A stretch of 64,000 bases of DNA. Source: Octopus vulgaris (taxonomy: Eukaryota). Position 1 is the first letter of the stretch, and every line of letters starts with the position of its first letter. The stretch covers positions 3,286,001 to 3,350,000 of the forward strand of contig OX597835.1 in the NCBI GenBank assembly GCA_951406725.2, given 5' to 3'. The notes below the pieces were generated by a model. That model saw nothing but the letters and a program-made list of their open reading frames with translations, had not been told where the DNA came from and ran no database searches. Below are positions 42,461 through 56,659 of the stretch, piece after piece. Made by a program: the position numbers and the translations under genes.

Positions 42461-44527
42461 AGTGATGGTGATGATGATAATAATGATAGTAATAATGGTG
42501 ATAATAATAATTGTGATAATAATGGTGATAATAATAAGCCGGCTTCGGCTGCTATAATGGTACGATTATAATTGTAACGGCAATGATGGCCGTCTCCCTC
42601 CGAGTCACTCAAAGCTCAAAAATATACCGGATATTGTTGTGAAAGACCAAAACAATAAAGTTTGCTTATTGATCGACATGACCATCCCCTGTGATCATAA
42701 TATCTCGGCGAAAGAGTTTGACAAGCTCAGAAAATATAAAGACCTGCTCATTGAAATTGAGAAAATGTGGCATCTCAAGGCGGTTACAATACCAGTGATC
42801 GTAGGAGCACTAGGAATGATCAAGAAGGGAACCGAAAGTAATATGAGAATGATCCCTGGCTAACCATCCCTGCAAGAAGTGCAAAAGATTGTCTTAACTG
42901 GTACATCACACGTATTGAGAAGAGCATTGTCGATGTGAGAACTATTACTACCCATGTATTTTAATTAAACTTTAAAAAAAATGAACGGACAAGTGAGTTT
43001 AGTTTAATGGCCTACTATGTGTTTCTTTGCCCTGTGAGTCGGGAAGACACTCGGCAAGAAATGGAAGCAAATTTGAAAGAAGAAGAAAAAAAGATAGCAA
43101 TAATAATAATTATAATAGTAAAAATAATAATAATAATAAATGCTGGAGTCGATTCGTTTGACTAAAATTCTTTGAAGCAATGGTCTAGCATGACTGTAAT
43201 CTCATGAGTGACAAATTAAAAGACGCTTCAAACAATTGATAACAAACATTAAGATGTTCATTACGATCATAAAATTCATCCGAAGGTTATGAAGCTTCAT
43301 TCGATATTGAAGGTAGTGAATATTTTGATTTTGCAGGAAGTTTTGTTTGAAATATTTAAGATGTAGCACATAATTGTAACTTAAAGGAGTGTAAAATATG
43401 TACTTGGCGATTTGTAAGCGCAAATCAAAGCTTTTCATTTCATTCTTGCTTTTGTGATCCCTATAATATTATATTTCTTTTTACTGATTTTCTGCTTGTT
43501 TCAGTCATTGAAATATATAGCACTAATCTCTAGCCTAAAGGTTTTTATACGCTTCTTAACAACCGATTTGTATTAACCAAACAGCAAAGAGTAGAAATGC
43601 AGGATTTCATCCAAAATTTACAGACTACAATGAGGCACATCCTCCAAACACAATCGAAGAATTCTCAAGGGAAAATTTGAAAAACTTGGTGTGGCTATTA
43701 AAATTCACAACAGAACCTGCGTAAAATGTGGAAGGGTTTACCTCTCAGTTGGAGGCCTAAAAAGACATGCTAAGAGAGTGCATCTGGTGGCACCTGTTTC
43801 TCCTGCCGGCCAGCACAGTTGTCCAGTAAGTAATTAAATGTGTAAAAGCTTGACTAGGCTTAAAACTCATATAAGGGCATCACATGGCAACAATAATGAA
43901 TCATTTCAGTAAATCTTCTTGCCCATGGCTTTACTCGTGTAACGAGGATGCAGCTGTGATATATGTATATGTGTGTGTGTGTGTGTGTGTGTACATTTCT
44001 GTTATTTTCGGCCACTAGTCATTTCCCCAACTGCTGCCAACGAATCTAGTCAACACACAAGACAGCTATTATGATCCACCTCACAAAAAACCCATCACGT
44101 GGACTCTGTTGAGACTCGTAAGAAACAATTATAAACTTTTTTTTATTACACTTAACATTTAAAAATATTTTTGATAAGGTTCGTTTTTTCAAGAAAAACC
44201 GAAACATGAAAAATTTCTTAGAAAATTAAAATTTATCTTATATAGTGGCGATTTCAAACTTCTTTTTTATAAATATATACCCACTCGTATACCACCCTCA
44301 CCTATTATAAATATACATATAGTAAAAGTTGTTTGCCAACATAAAGTGTCAGCTGAATGTTACTATTGTTTAGCCCCAGGAAACATCGTCTTCTGGAGCT
44401 GAATAAGATTAACATTCGACTGCTGTGTTTTGTTGGCAATTAACCTTTATTCTAGAGTACTCTTAGGGAATATCTACTGTTGATAGTTTTACAAATAGGA
44501 ATTTTCCATTTTATGTATGTATGTATG

Positions 44528-44605
<78 letters not shown>

Positions 44606-45485
44606 TATAAAACAATAGCACGATTTATGCGATGTTAGTTTTGTTAGTTCTTGTAGTTCATGTACCTAGAACAGCTGTGAGAAATATTAATAAAATAATT
44701 GCATGTTTAAGCAATATCAAATTTATGTCCTCCGTTACGTCAATGTTCTTCAGTGGGGAATATGAATCTTTTGAATAAAAAAACGACAATGTCTATAAGC
44801 TGTTTTTTACACGCCGACGTATACTGATCCCAGAAAATCGCTGCTTAGAAATTGTTGCTTAAATACATGTTATTCCTGCTCTAGCAGACACATTATCGAA
44901 GACATTAAAAACTAATTGCAAAAATAGTTATAAGTTCTAATGCAAATATATAATTGAGGTAGGAATAAAATTTCAGAAGTATTTTCATTATTGTTTCTTG
45001 ATAAAGTGGGAAAAGGACAACATTTTTGGAGAACTTACGACAAATATAACAGTAATATTTTCAATTGTTTCTTAGCAACTGATATGCATTAACCAAAAAA
45101 CCAAAACTAGAAAAGCTGGAGTGCATCCAAAGAGTAAAGACTAAAATAATGCATATTCTGCAAATAAAATGGATGGGATGTAAAACGAGAATTTGTAAAT
45201 CCTTAAGGGTATTCTCGCTTTTTGAGGTTCTTCGGCTGTACGCATGCGCACAGGCAACAAACAAATGAAGCTTATACAGACTCGTTCTACATCTCATCTA
45301 CTTATTTGCTCATTTACTTGTTTCAGTCATTTGACTGCGGCCATGCTGGAGTACCGCCTTGAGTCGAGCAAATCGACCCCAGGGCTTATTTTTTGGAAGC
45401 CTACTACTTATTCTATCGGCCACTAAGTTACGGGGACGTAAACACACCACCATCGGTTGCCAAGCGATGCTGTGGGACGGGGGCA

Positions 45486-45623
<138 letters not shown>

Positions 45624-45997
45624 CATATGTACATAATTTCGACGGGCTTCTATCAGTTTGCGTCTACTAAATCCACTCACAAGGCCTTGGTCGGCCCGAG
45701 GCTAAGGTGCCATGCAGTGGGAATGAACCCGGAACCATGTGGTTGGCAGGCAAGCTACTTACCACGCAGCCACTCCTGCGCCTATACAAACAACATCATT
45801 ACCATAACATATTCTGTATATTGTTATTACTAATTTACATACAGCCACAATGAATAATGTGTTAGATTCGAACGGTATTTATATAAAGAGTTCGGTGAAA
45901 TTCCCTTGTGCAAAATTCAGACACGTTGGTGATGGTCATATAGGTGATGTTATCAAGAGAACTGTTGCAACATTTCTTTGCCCATAGCATTCATATT

Positions 45998-46041
<44 letters not shown>

Positions 46042-46044
<3 letters not shown>

Positions 46045-49000
46045 ATTGATTCTAGTTTCAGCTTATGAGCTGTGGCCATGCTGGGGCACCGCCATTTGGT
46101 GTTGCTACTTGGTTTCACTTCATGGAGGCTTTCTAGCAACTGCTATTGGGTGTATGAGAGAGTTCGATGCAGCTGCCCTCATCTGCCCCTCCTGCCGTGA
46201 AGTTGGTTCATCTGGGACACCTGACAGGAAGAGATCCAGCTCCATTTTAAAGACATCTGTATCCACCCCATGCAGGTCTCTCAGGTTCTTCGGGAGGATA
46301 TTGAAGAGCTGTGGGCCTCGGAAGCCCAGGCTATCACAGAATCTTGTCCTACATCTTGATGGCAAGTTTGGAGTCCTAGGCACCACGCAGTGGCGCCCAG
46401 TTCTGGCATTTGCGTTACTCTCGATGCCAAAGTTCAGGACACTTCCCTCCAGGATCTTCCAGATGTATATTATGGCATATCTTTCCCGCCTACGCTCCAG
46501 GGAATATAATTTTAATCTCTTGAGTCTTTCCCAGTAGCTTACATTCTGCATAGAGGCTATCTTCTTCGTGTAGCTTCGTTGGATCGCCTCAAGTTCTGTG
46601 ATCAACTTGACACTGGATGGTGACCATAGCTGAGAGCAATAGTCAAAGTGGCTTAGGACAAGTGTCTTCCAGAGGACCATCATGGTTTCTTGTTCTCTTG
46701 TTCTAAAGGTTCTAAGAATCCATCCAGCCAGCCGTCTGCATTTCATTGTCAGTTTAGCAACATGTACATGAAAGGTCGCGTCATCACTCATGTGAATACC
46801 CAGGTCACGCACTGATTGTGCCTCTGGGATTGCAATCCCTCCGGGTCCAGTGTATTCCTTGGGTATTGCATTCAGTTTTGCATGCTGATAGTATAAAGCT
46901 TGAAACTTTTCAGCATTGAACTGCATGCTATTCTTTTCAGCCCACTTGTATATTTCGTCCAGCTCATATTGCAGGTGCCTAGTGTCTTCAGGGTTTTGTA
47001 TTGCCTGTGAAACTTTTGTATCATCTGCATAACTTGTGATCGTGGCTCTCCGCGTGGCGGAGGGCATGTCTGAGAGGGTCATTATGAACAGTAGTAGTCC
47101 CAAAACAGTGCCCTGTGGAACACCGCTCACTATTTGCGTGCTAATGGAAGTGGCCCCATTGGCTACTACCACCTGACTTCTATTCTTCAGAAAGTCGTGA
47201 AGCCATTCTCCTAGTTTTCCAACTATGCCAAGGTCACGCAGTTTGTGACATATCATTCCATGATCGACTTTATCGAAGGCCTTTGCGAAGTCGAGATATA
47301 TGACTTCCACATTTGAGTGGTTGAGCAGTTGTTTCAGCACCCAGTCATAGTGCTGCAGGAGCTGAGTTAAGCAGCTTCTTCCTGGTCGGAAACCATGTTG
47401 GGTGTCAGGCAGCAAGTTATTTTCTTCAAGGAAGGTGATTAGTTTCCTTCTGACTATTCGTTCCATGACCTTGCTGATGTGTGAGGTCAGAGAGATAGGT
47501 CTGTAGTTCTTGGCCTCCGCTCTGCTACCTCCTTTATGAATAGGGCATATTTTACCTTCCTTCAGTTTTCTTGGAAGTTTGCCAGCTGCAAGGAAGCTCT
47601 GAAAGAGGAACTGCAGTGGTCTTGCTAAGACTCTCTTACATACTTTTAGGAGGATTGCCGGGAATCCATCGGGGCCAATAGCTGAGTCTGTTTTCATTTC
47701 ATCTATAGCCTTTATTACATCGTCTTCCTTTATATCGATGTAATTTATCGTCGCCGCCTCTGATTCTATATCTGCAGTGGTAAAGAAGTCAGTTGGATTG
47801 CTGATTTGGAAATGCCCAAGGGGTGGAGTGAAAACACTCTTGAATTGTTCATTCAGTATTTCACTTACCCTCATTGGTTTTCCTGTGAGTGTGCCATCTT
47901 TTTCAAGGAGTGGCCCTATCCTACAGTGCACCGTAGCTGTTTCTTTGGCATACCTGTAGAAAGCTCTGGGGTTAGTTTTTATGTTGTCTATAGCCCAGGC
48001 TTCTTTGTCTGCTCTTTCCTTCTCATGGGAGAGTTGCAGACAATTTTCAATTTCCAACAGTTTTATTTTCAGGCGGGACTTTTCACTGCTTTCAATTTGT
48101 TTGTTTAGGCGATTTGAAATTTTTGTACGCCGTCTCATTAAAATTTTCCTCTCTCTGGGGATTTTGTTCTTGTGTACAGTGGCCTTTCTCTCTGGGACAC
48201 ATTTGTAGCATATGGCTTGCATTACAGACATGAATTGTTGGAGCATCATGTCGATGTCCGGCGAGGAGAGACATTCAGGCCAGTTTTGTTTGAGGATCTC
48301 TTTCTCAATTTGTTTCCAGTTTGCCTTATTGAAGTTCAAGCTGGAAAGATTCTGAGGGTTTCTTGTAGGCTGCATGTCCGTGCTCTCTTTTGGCCCGTAC
48401 ATGGTCAGCTCTACCATGTTGTGATCCGAGAGTAGTGTCGGTGTCACTTTCACATTATGGATGAGATCCATATTATTTGTGAAGCAGAGATCCAGTGTGT
48501 TACCAGCTCTGGTTGGTTGGAGTATTACTTGCTCCATGTACAGGGTGTTGGTGAGGTTCAGGAGGGACCTCGCCTGTCCTCGTTCACATCTTGTCATTCC
48601 TGGGAGAGAAAGGCCCTCGGGCCATCTGACATTCGGTAGATTGAAGTCTCCCATGAGAAGTACACTTATGTGTTGTTCTAATGTGGTTAGAACTTCTATT
48701 TTTAAAAGGCAGTCCTCAAATTTGCCCATATGACTTGGGGCATCTGGAGGGCGATATGTAGCACACACAACTACATCAAGTTGCCTTATGTGTACAATTA
48801 GTGTGTCACACACCGAGTTTGAGTATGACAAAAGGACCTGGGGTGTGAGGTCCCCACGAATGTACATAGCAACTCCTCCATGACTCCTTTCTTTCCTGTC
48901 GGTCCGTAGTACAACATACTGTGGTATGTGTAATTCCGCATCTGCTATGTCCGGTTTCAGATGCGTTTCTGTGAGTGCTATGCATAAGGCTTGATTGCAT

Positions 49001-49460
49001 GCGACAAAGTCTCTCAGGAACGGGACTTTTGTCCTGTTACTGTGTGTTAGTAGTCCTCTGATGTTCAGTAGGAGCATCGAGGTGAGGTGTATGTTGTTGC
49101 CGGCGGTGTCCACCCTGGGTCCATCTGCTGTGGCGGTCTTGTGAACCGTGGGCAGTTCCATCTGCGAGCCTGAGCCTGATGGAGCCAGGTTAGCTGCTGT
49201 ACAATCTTTTGTGCCATGCACAAAAAAGATTCCTGCTCAGCAGCTGCCCTTTCAACAACACGTTGGTGGTTTGTTGTACGCACCACATCTGCGTACCTCC
49301 GTTTTGGGGCAGGTGATGCGTGGTCCATCCCATTTCCTTTCGGTGGTTGGTTTCTGTGGCAGGGTCCCGAGTGTGCAAAGCGGCAGCCTGCACCTTCCTC
49401 TCCATGCCGGCAGGCACCTTTCAGGTAGAACCTACATACCCGTGTGCGCTGCTTGTTTCC
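46042..49460 (-). mobile_element. CR1/L2-group LINE, 5'-truncated, unit B only
   Basis: Contains the open ORF 46120-49221 and a short (CAAT)n-like 3' tail. The unit A site (~19845-19995) is only (TA)n(TG)n. Confidence 0.92.
46120..49221 (-). CDS. LINE ORF2: APE endonuclease plus reverse transcriptase (1033 aa open frame)
   Basis: LLNIRGL, ALTETHL, GDFNLP, TLDLCFTN, SDHNMV (APE); NYRPISLTS, QHGFRPGRSC, YLDFAKAFDKV, GVPQGTVLG, YADD, RDLG (RT). Confidence 0.92.
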   Translation of the reverse strand: MHGTKDCTAANLAPSGSGSQMELPTVHKTATADGPRVDTAGNNIHLTSMLLLNIRGLLTHSNRTKVPFLRDFVACNQALCIALTETHLKPDIADAELHIPQYVVLRTDRKERSHGGVAMYIRGDLTPQVLLSYSNSVCDTLIVHIRQLDVVVCATYRPPDAPSHMGKFEDCLLKIEVLTTLEQHISVLLMGDFNLPNVRWPEGLSLPGMTRCERGQARSLLNLTNTLYMEQVILQPTRAGNTLDLCFTNNMDLIHNVKVTPTLLSDHNMVELTMYGPKESTDMQPTRNPQNLSSLNFNKANWKQIEKEILKQNWPECLSSPDIDMMLQQFMSVMQAICYKCVPERKATVHKNKIPRERKILMRRRTKISNRLNKQIESSEKSRLKIKLLEIENCLQLSHEKERADKEAWAIDNIKTNPRAFYRYAKETATVHCRIGPLLEKDGTLTGKPMRVSEILNEQFKSVFTPPLGHFQISNPTDFFTTADIESEAATINYIDIKEDDVIKAIDEMKTDSAIGPDGFPAILLKVCKRVLARPLQFLFQSFLAAGKLPRKLKEGKICPIHKGGSRAEAKNYRPISLTSHISKVMERIVRRKLITFLEENNLLPDTQHGFRPGRSCLTQLLQHYDWVLKQLLNHSNVEVIYLDFAKAFDKVDHGMICHKLRDLGIVGKLGEWLHDFLKNRSQVVVANGATSISTQIVSGVPQGTVLGLLLFIMTLSDMPSATRRATITSYADDTKVSQAIQNPEDTRHLQYELDEIYKWAEKNSMQFNAEKFQALYYQHAKLNAIPKEYTGPGGIAIPEAQSVRDLGIHMSDDATFHVHVAKLTMKCRRLAGWILRTFRTREQETMMVLWKTLVLSHFDYCSQLWSPSSVKLITELEAIQRSYTKKIASMQNVSYWERLKRLKLYSLERRRERYAIIYIWKILEGSVLNFGIESNANARTGRHCVVPRTPNLPSRCRTRFCDSLGFRGPQLFNILPKNLRDLHGVDTDVFKMELDLFLSGVPDEPTSRQEGQMRAAASNSLIHPIAVARKPP

Positions 49461-49471
49461 ATGTATATACG

Positions 49472-49526
<55 letters not shown>

Positions 49527-49822
49527 AGGCGCAATGACCTACTGGTTAGGGCAGCTGACTCGCGGTCGTAGGATCGCGGTTTCGATTCCCAGACCGGGCG
49601 TTGTGAGTGCTTATTGAGCGAAAACACCTAAAAGCTCCACGATGCTCCGGGAGGGGGGCGTGATCCCTGCTGTACACTTTCACCACTCTTTCTTCTGTTG
49701 GCCTGCTCGCTTAGCCAGCGGGGTCGCGTCATTCGAAGGCTAAAACAATGCGAACGCATTGTGACCAGCGATGTGTAACTACATCTGACGGACTGGTCGG
49801 TCACGTGATGATGATGATAATG

Positions 49823-49889
<67 letters not shown>

Positions 49890-52187
49890 AAATCTGGTCG
49901 ATTGCAACTTCGAAGCCACAGCATCCCGGAGTCTTGGGTTTTATTTTTCAAAACAAACAAGTACAGTACGAACCGTTCAAAATCTAAGGTTTATTCCAGG
50001 GGTTCTCAAACGGGGTTCAAATAAGATTTTTGGGGGTCTACGGTAAATTTTCATGGGCCATGAAAAAATGCTTGAGACCAGTAAAGCTTTTGTGCAATGA
50101 ATTGGTTTATACGTCCAGAATACAAAAAATATTTTAATAATTTTTACACGAGTCCTAATAATATTTAATTATAAAATTACAGTAAGATTTTTAAAACGTG
50201 GAACGGCTACGGAGACCCCCCACCCGCCCAAATAAAATAGGAATGAAAGGGGTTCATAGATAAAAAGTGATGAGAACCCTTGTTTTATACATAGAAGCAA
50301 AGGAAAAACATGATAAGGGACCAATGAATGATTTCAAAGAATTTATTTCATAAAATTTATATCATCTTGTAAACTGATTTATTGAGAACATATGACATGA
50401 AAAGGTTAACCCTTTTGTCACGAGATTTCTGTAGAAATACATGGTTTTTATTTCGTTTAATTTTGAAAATGATTAATAATTTACTGAAATAACTGTCTTG
50501 GAATGTTTTCAGTGACCAAGGACCATCATGAACTCTCAACTGATATTTGCAACAAAACTTTGAAGGAAAATTTTAATTAAGACTATCAGTATCGCCCGGC
50601 GTTGCTCGGGTTTGTAAGGGAAATAACTATATAAGCATGTTTAGAGAGTTACTTCCCTTATATAATAGCAAAACAATGCACTAAAAATGGGAAAAAATTA
50701 TGGTAAATTTTCTTTTTAGATCGTAGACTCATCGTAGACGCGCGTTAATACCCAGAAGGGCTCGATATGAATCACGACTATAAGATACCCGCTTTTGGTT
50801 AAACTGCACCGCAAAATGTGGGAGTAGTTAGGAATCTAAATCGTAGGAGACAGACACTCACACAACTTCACTTTTATATATAAAGATTACCTTTAACCCT
50901 TTTGTTAGCATATTTCTGCACAACTAGTGTACTTTGGTTTCATTAAATTTTGAAAAAAATGAAGTTTATAAAATAACTTTGTCCTTTCTAAGTCTGTGTT
51001 TGGAATACAAATTTCAATGGAAGTATAGGTTCCCCACCTGGACGGAACGCCAGTCCGTCGCAGGTGAGCTGCAAGATACAGGAGGAAAGAATGAGAGAAA
51101 TTTGTGGCGAAAGAGTCAGCAGAGGTTCGCCATTACCTTCTGCCGGAGCCGCGTGAAGCTTAGGTGTTTTCACTCATAAACACACACATCGCCCGGTCTG
51201 AGATTCGAATCCACGATCCTTCGACCACGAGTCCGCTGCTCTAACCACTAGGCTAGAATTAGTTGTTATTAAGTGTAATAAAAATAAGTGAAATAGAACA
51301 AGTATGTGTATGTTTTAGTTTCTGGCAAAATGATTGCCCATGCCCACCACCACTCAGCATCTGTTTCTACCCAGGATTTTACACCCAGAATAGCTGCAAG
51401 TGTGTCTATGTGGTAGAAATTTGCTTCCTAGACACAGAGTTTCAGGTTCATCACTATAGAAAATGGGTTATTAGCTAATATTCAATTGGGTATACAACAA
51501 AATTTTACTATAGAATTTGTTATTCTGGGTAACTTTCTGATACCCATAATAATATTTATGGCAAAATAGTCTTAATTTCATTTAAGGTTATGGGAAACCA
51601 CAAACTATCCTTTCTTTCGCTTTGTTTACATTTTGCATAAAGGCGCAGTCTTCTCTCTTGCACACAGCATTGTATTTCTTCTTATGCCCAACTTTTCCCT
51701 CAAAATACTAGTGTTGTGTTTCACTTGTACTCTGACATTGCACATCCAGCTGAGCATGTTAGGTTTATTCCTCTCTAGCCTTCACATGTCTTCTGCATTT
51801 AGGACCCACATCTTACTACCCACTGTGTATGTATGTGTGTGTGAGTTACTATCTCTTGCTTGGGCCTTTGCATGATTTCTGATCTTTGGGAAACAAGTGT
51901 GGGTGTCTGGCTGAAGGGAATCTGCCACAACAAAATTCCATCTAATCCATGGTTCCATGGAAAAATGGATGTTAAACTGATGATGATGATGATAATGGGG
52001 AATCTTGCAAAGCAAATGCTAAAATAAGACTATATGTGGTAAGAAGCTTGATTACGAACCACATGATTCCGGGTTAAGTCCCACTGCATGGCAACTTGGG
52101 CAAGTATCTTCTACTATAACCTCGGGCCAACCAAAGCCTTGTGAGTGGATTGGGTAGATGGAAACTGAAAGAAGCCCGTCGTATATA

Positions 52188-52284
<97 letters not shown>

Positions 52285-52710
52285 TTGTGTGTCTGTGTAT
52301 GTCCCCCCCCCCAACGTCGCTTGACAACCGATGCTGGTGTGTTTACGTCCCTGTAACTTAGCAGTACAGCAAAAGAAACCGATAGAATAAGTACTAGGCT
52401 TAGAAAGAATAAGTCCTAGGGTCGATTTGCTCGACTAAATGTGGTGCTCCAGCATGGCCACAGGCAAATGATGGAAACAAGTAAAAGAATATATACGTAT
52501 ATATATATATTTATAATGTGTGTGTGTGTTTCCATATGGCTTTGCATTTTCATGACTTCTGCAATCTTTCTTCTTTTATATGTTTCAGACTTGCGGCTGT
52601 GACCATGCTGGGGTACCCTATACTTACTTTTTTTTTAATTACTTATGTCCTTCATAAGCAAAATAGTAGCATCAAGAAGAGAAGCCAAGCTTGGATTGTC
52701 GTCGTCGTCG

Positions 52711-52754
<44 letters not shown>

Positions 52755-52775
52755 TAGTTTTATTTTTATAGCGTG

Positions 52776-53116
52776 AAGGCGCATGGCTCAGTGGTTAGAG
52801 CGTCGAGCTTACGATCGTGAGGTTGTGAGCTCAAATCCCGGACCGGGCTGCGTGTTGTGTTCTTGAGCAAGGCACTTTATTTCATGTTGCTCCAGTTCAC
52901 TCAGCTGTAGAAATGAGTTGCGACGTCACTGGTGCCAAGCTGTATCGACCTTTGTCTTTCCCTTGGATAACACTGGTGGCGTGGAGAGGGGAGGCTGGTA
53001 TGCATGGGCGACTGCTGGTCTTCCATAAAAAACAACCTTGCCCGGACTTGTGTCTAGGAGGGTAACTTTCTAGGTGCAATCCCATAGTCATTCATGACCG
53101 AAGGGGGTCTTTACCC
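52776..53116 (+). mobile_element. Young tRNA-derived SINE (CORE-like middle) with 17-bp TSD, unit B only
   Basis: A box TGGCTCAGTGG, B-box-like GCTCAAATCC. TSD tttatttttatagcgtg at 52759-52775 and 53117-53133; single empty site in unit A at ~23155-23171. Confidence 0.9.
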
Positions 53117-54544
53117 TTTATTTTTATAGCGTGCTCTCACTTCACTACCGAGCGTAGCTCTGTATGACTTGGGTATGTGCTGTGATTTCTTGTGATACTC
53201 TGATGGTTACTGTATGGAGAGTGTTCTGCGAAGGATGTGTGCAGTGCCTAGTAGTGCAATTTTCTGTATATTATATGTGTTTCTAAGTCCTGGTGTATTT
53301 GTTATGCATTTGCCTGAATATTTTTTTATTATGCCTAATGCACCTACTATGATAGGAATTGTTTCTATTTTTAGATTCCACATTCTGGTTACCTATATTT
53401 CCAGGTCTTTGTATTTTGAAAGTTTCTCCATTTCTTTTAGAGACACGTTGTCGCCTCCTCGTATTGATACATCAATTAGAAAGCATTTTCTTTTTCTTCA
53501 TGATCTCTGACAACTATATCTGGTCTGTTGGCCTTAATTTCTCTATCTGTGTGTATTGGCATATCCCAGAGTATGGTTGCTTTCTCGTTTTCTCTGACCT
53601 TGTCTGGTGTGTGCCTATACCATCTTTTTTCTGTTGTTATTCCATAATGTTGGCATAACTTCCAGTGTATGTAGGTCGCTACTCTGTCGTGTCTGTAAAT
53701 ATATTCCTTCTTAGCCAGGACTGGCCAGACAGAGATAATATGATTTATTGTTTCTTGTCCATTCCCACATATTCTGCAGTTACTTGTTATATTTCTTTTC
53801 TGGTGGGAATTTCTGGTGGGGAGGCTTTGGTCTTGTGCTGATATTAAAAATCCCTCTGTCTCTGCTTTGAGTCCTGAGCTTCTCAACCATTGCTGGGATA
53901 TTTCTTTGTCTATTTCTTTTGCATTTAGTTTAGTCCAGTATTTTGCATAAAGGGGTTTTTCTTGCCATCGTTTTATTATGGTTCGTTGCTGTCCTATTTT
54001 TAGTTTGGATTTCATTTGTTTTATAGTTTTGTTTCTTCTTTTTCTTCTTCTTCTTCTTCTTCTTCTTCTTCTTCTTCTTCTTCTTCTTCTTCTTCTTCTT
54101 CTTCTTCTTCTTCTTCTTCTTCTTCTTCTTCTTCTTCTTCTTCTTCTTCTTCTTCTTCTTCTTCTTCTTCTTCTTCTTCTTCTTCTTCTTCTTCTTTTGT
54201 ACTTGTAAGCTACCTGAAATACTGAGAACAGTTTTTTGTTTTGCTCGTGTTTTGCCGCTATTTGTATCAGTTTTCCTTCCTTCTGAAGTAGATATTTTTT
54301 CAGTCCTATGGTGGTTATTTTATAGTAGTTTTCCAGCTGTATAAGGCCTCTACCACCTTCTATACGTTGTATATATTGTATATATAACCTTTCTATGTCA
54401 GATTTTGGATGATGCTTCCTAGATCCTGTCATTATGTTTCTTGTTTTCCTATCCATTTCGGTCAGTTCATTTAGTGTCCAGTTAAGGATATTGTAGCTGT
54501 AAATTATAACTGGGGCGGCTAAAGTGTTAATACCTATTAAATTG

Positions 54545-54611
<67 letters not shown>

Positions 54612-56220
54612 GTTATTGTTATTATTTTTTCCACACAGAATTATTTTTCTCTTCAGAATGTCGAAGGTAGTACTAGCCTACATTGTTTACAGGTTGCGTT
54701 ACTAACTCATAGCGACCTGACAGAAATCGTACAAAAGGATTTATATTAATTTATATTAATATAGAGTTCCAGTTTTATCGAACAGTTTTGCTTCAGAATC
54801 TATTTTCAATAGAATTTATATATTTTTCACTGTGTGTAGTTCAATTCCTTTCCGACATTCTTACGAGCGTTCGTAACCTCGCTACCACTGTTATTACAAC
54901 ACCGTTATACAGCGGGAGATATTCTCGTCGCCACTGATATGTCCTACATTATGACAACGTATTCCGCCGCCTGCGTGACTGGCCCGTACGGCGTACCTCG
55001 CCGACTGACACTGCTTGCTGTGTCTGTCCACCATTTATCAGTAGTGGAACAGCCCACTTCTCACTTGGAGGTGTCCGCCACAACATGTATATACAATGAA
55101 CTATCAACGAAAACTCATAGACGCGCGCGACATAATAATCCAACTGTTTCTTCCAATCCTTTACAACACACTCGATCATAAAAGCAAAACAACAGATATA
55201 GGAATCAAGATGTCCTCTGGTTCAACTCGATCTTCTGTTTGCATGTTTCAACCAAGATCGCTGGAAAACTTTTGGACAAAGGTTTTCCTAAATCTAATCG
55301 GTATCATGCTATTTTTAATAGGCTTACCGTGAAGGTCTCCTACGCTAACTCTGCTAATTTTGAGTATCTTATGCATCGTATGAACAGCAAAATGCGACGA
55401 ATGTTCAATAACCCAACTACTGGATCTAGCGAGCATACGCATCTGAATACTAACAAAGGAGATCTAAACCGCAATGAAAAACACACCAGTTATGGTCAAT
55501 GGTAGAAACACTTATGATAGAGCTAACACGGTAACAACGTTGATAAATGGAGTCGGGACTGTCTTATATACAATTAAAAATGCGATAAATGCTCATGCAG
55601 AGAAAAATCAAAATGTCCATTGATGAATCTTTGTATGAGTACAAATCTTGTATATAAATGTACCGTGCTTACAAGGAGATGGCCGCATGTTTACATTGAG
55701 CAGACGGCGGCGTCATTTATCGTAATCTTGTTGCCATCTTTAAGACAATCAATAAGACATCCCATATATTTGGCTGATTTTGTCGACTTTTGCATCTAAA
55801 TGATTTTTTCATAGGAGTATACCCGGTAATTCATATGTAACTAGATACACAACATAAGGTGGTCATAAATGAAAAATGTCATTGACCATATGTCATCTGG
55901 ATTGGGAATCACCTGGGTCTGAACAACAATTTTGATTTTTGCATCGATTTTTAGGAATCAATTATATATTGGCGTGTAAAAATACAAAATATGAGCTTCA
56001 TCGTGTTTCAATCCCGAATTTTGACGGTGAACGTTGGCGTAACTTGGGACATAAATTTGATATAGCTTCAAATGACGTTTTCTATTCACTATTTCACACA
56101 GCTGTTGAATTACAAGAGATAATAAATATTGAATCAAATCGTATAAATCATGCTGTTGCTATATATATATATGTATATATACATTTATATATATATATGC
56201 ATTTAAATATATATATATGC

Positions 56221-56285
<65 letters not shown>

Positions 56286-56369
56286 TATATAGATATATAT
56301 AGATAGATATATATATGTGTATATATATATATTTATATATATATATATATCTGTATGTATATATATGTA

Positions 56370-56437
<68 letters not shown>

Positions 56438-56659
56438 ATATATAATATACATATTTATATTTATATATATTTTAAATGAATATTCGAAAGTGTATATGTG
56501 TGTAAACATAAAATATAAAGTGAGCAAATTCAGAAAACACCAAAGGAAACGACAACTCGAGTAAGCACTGTTTAAAGCTGTCCACTGAATAACTAACATT
56601 ACACAACCATCATCAACCAGTTTCAACTTTGCACCTGAGAAAGTCTACTGAGCTCTTTG

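Noticed and set aside
52778-52850. tRNA-like sequences (also ~20000-20075)
   Set aside because: SINE heads: imperfect cloverleaf followed by a SINE body, and a TSD for the 52.8 kb copy.
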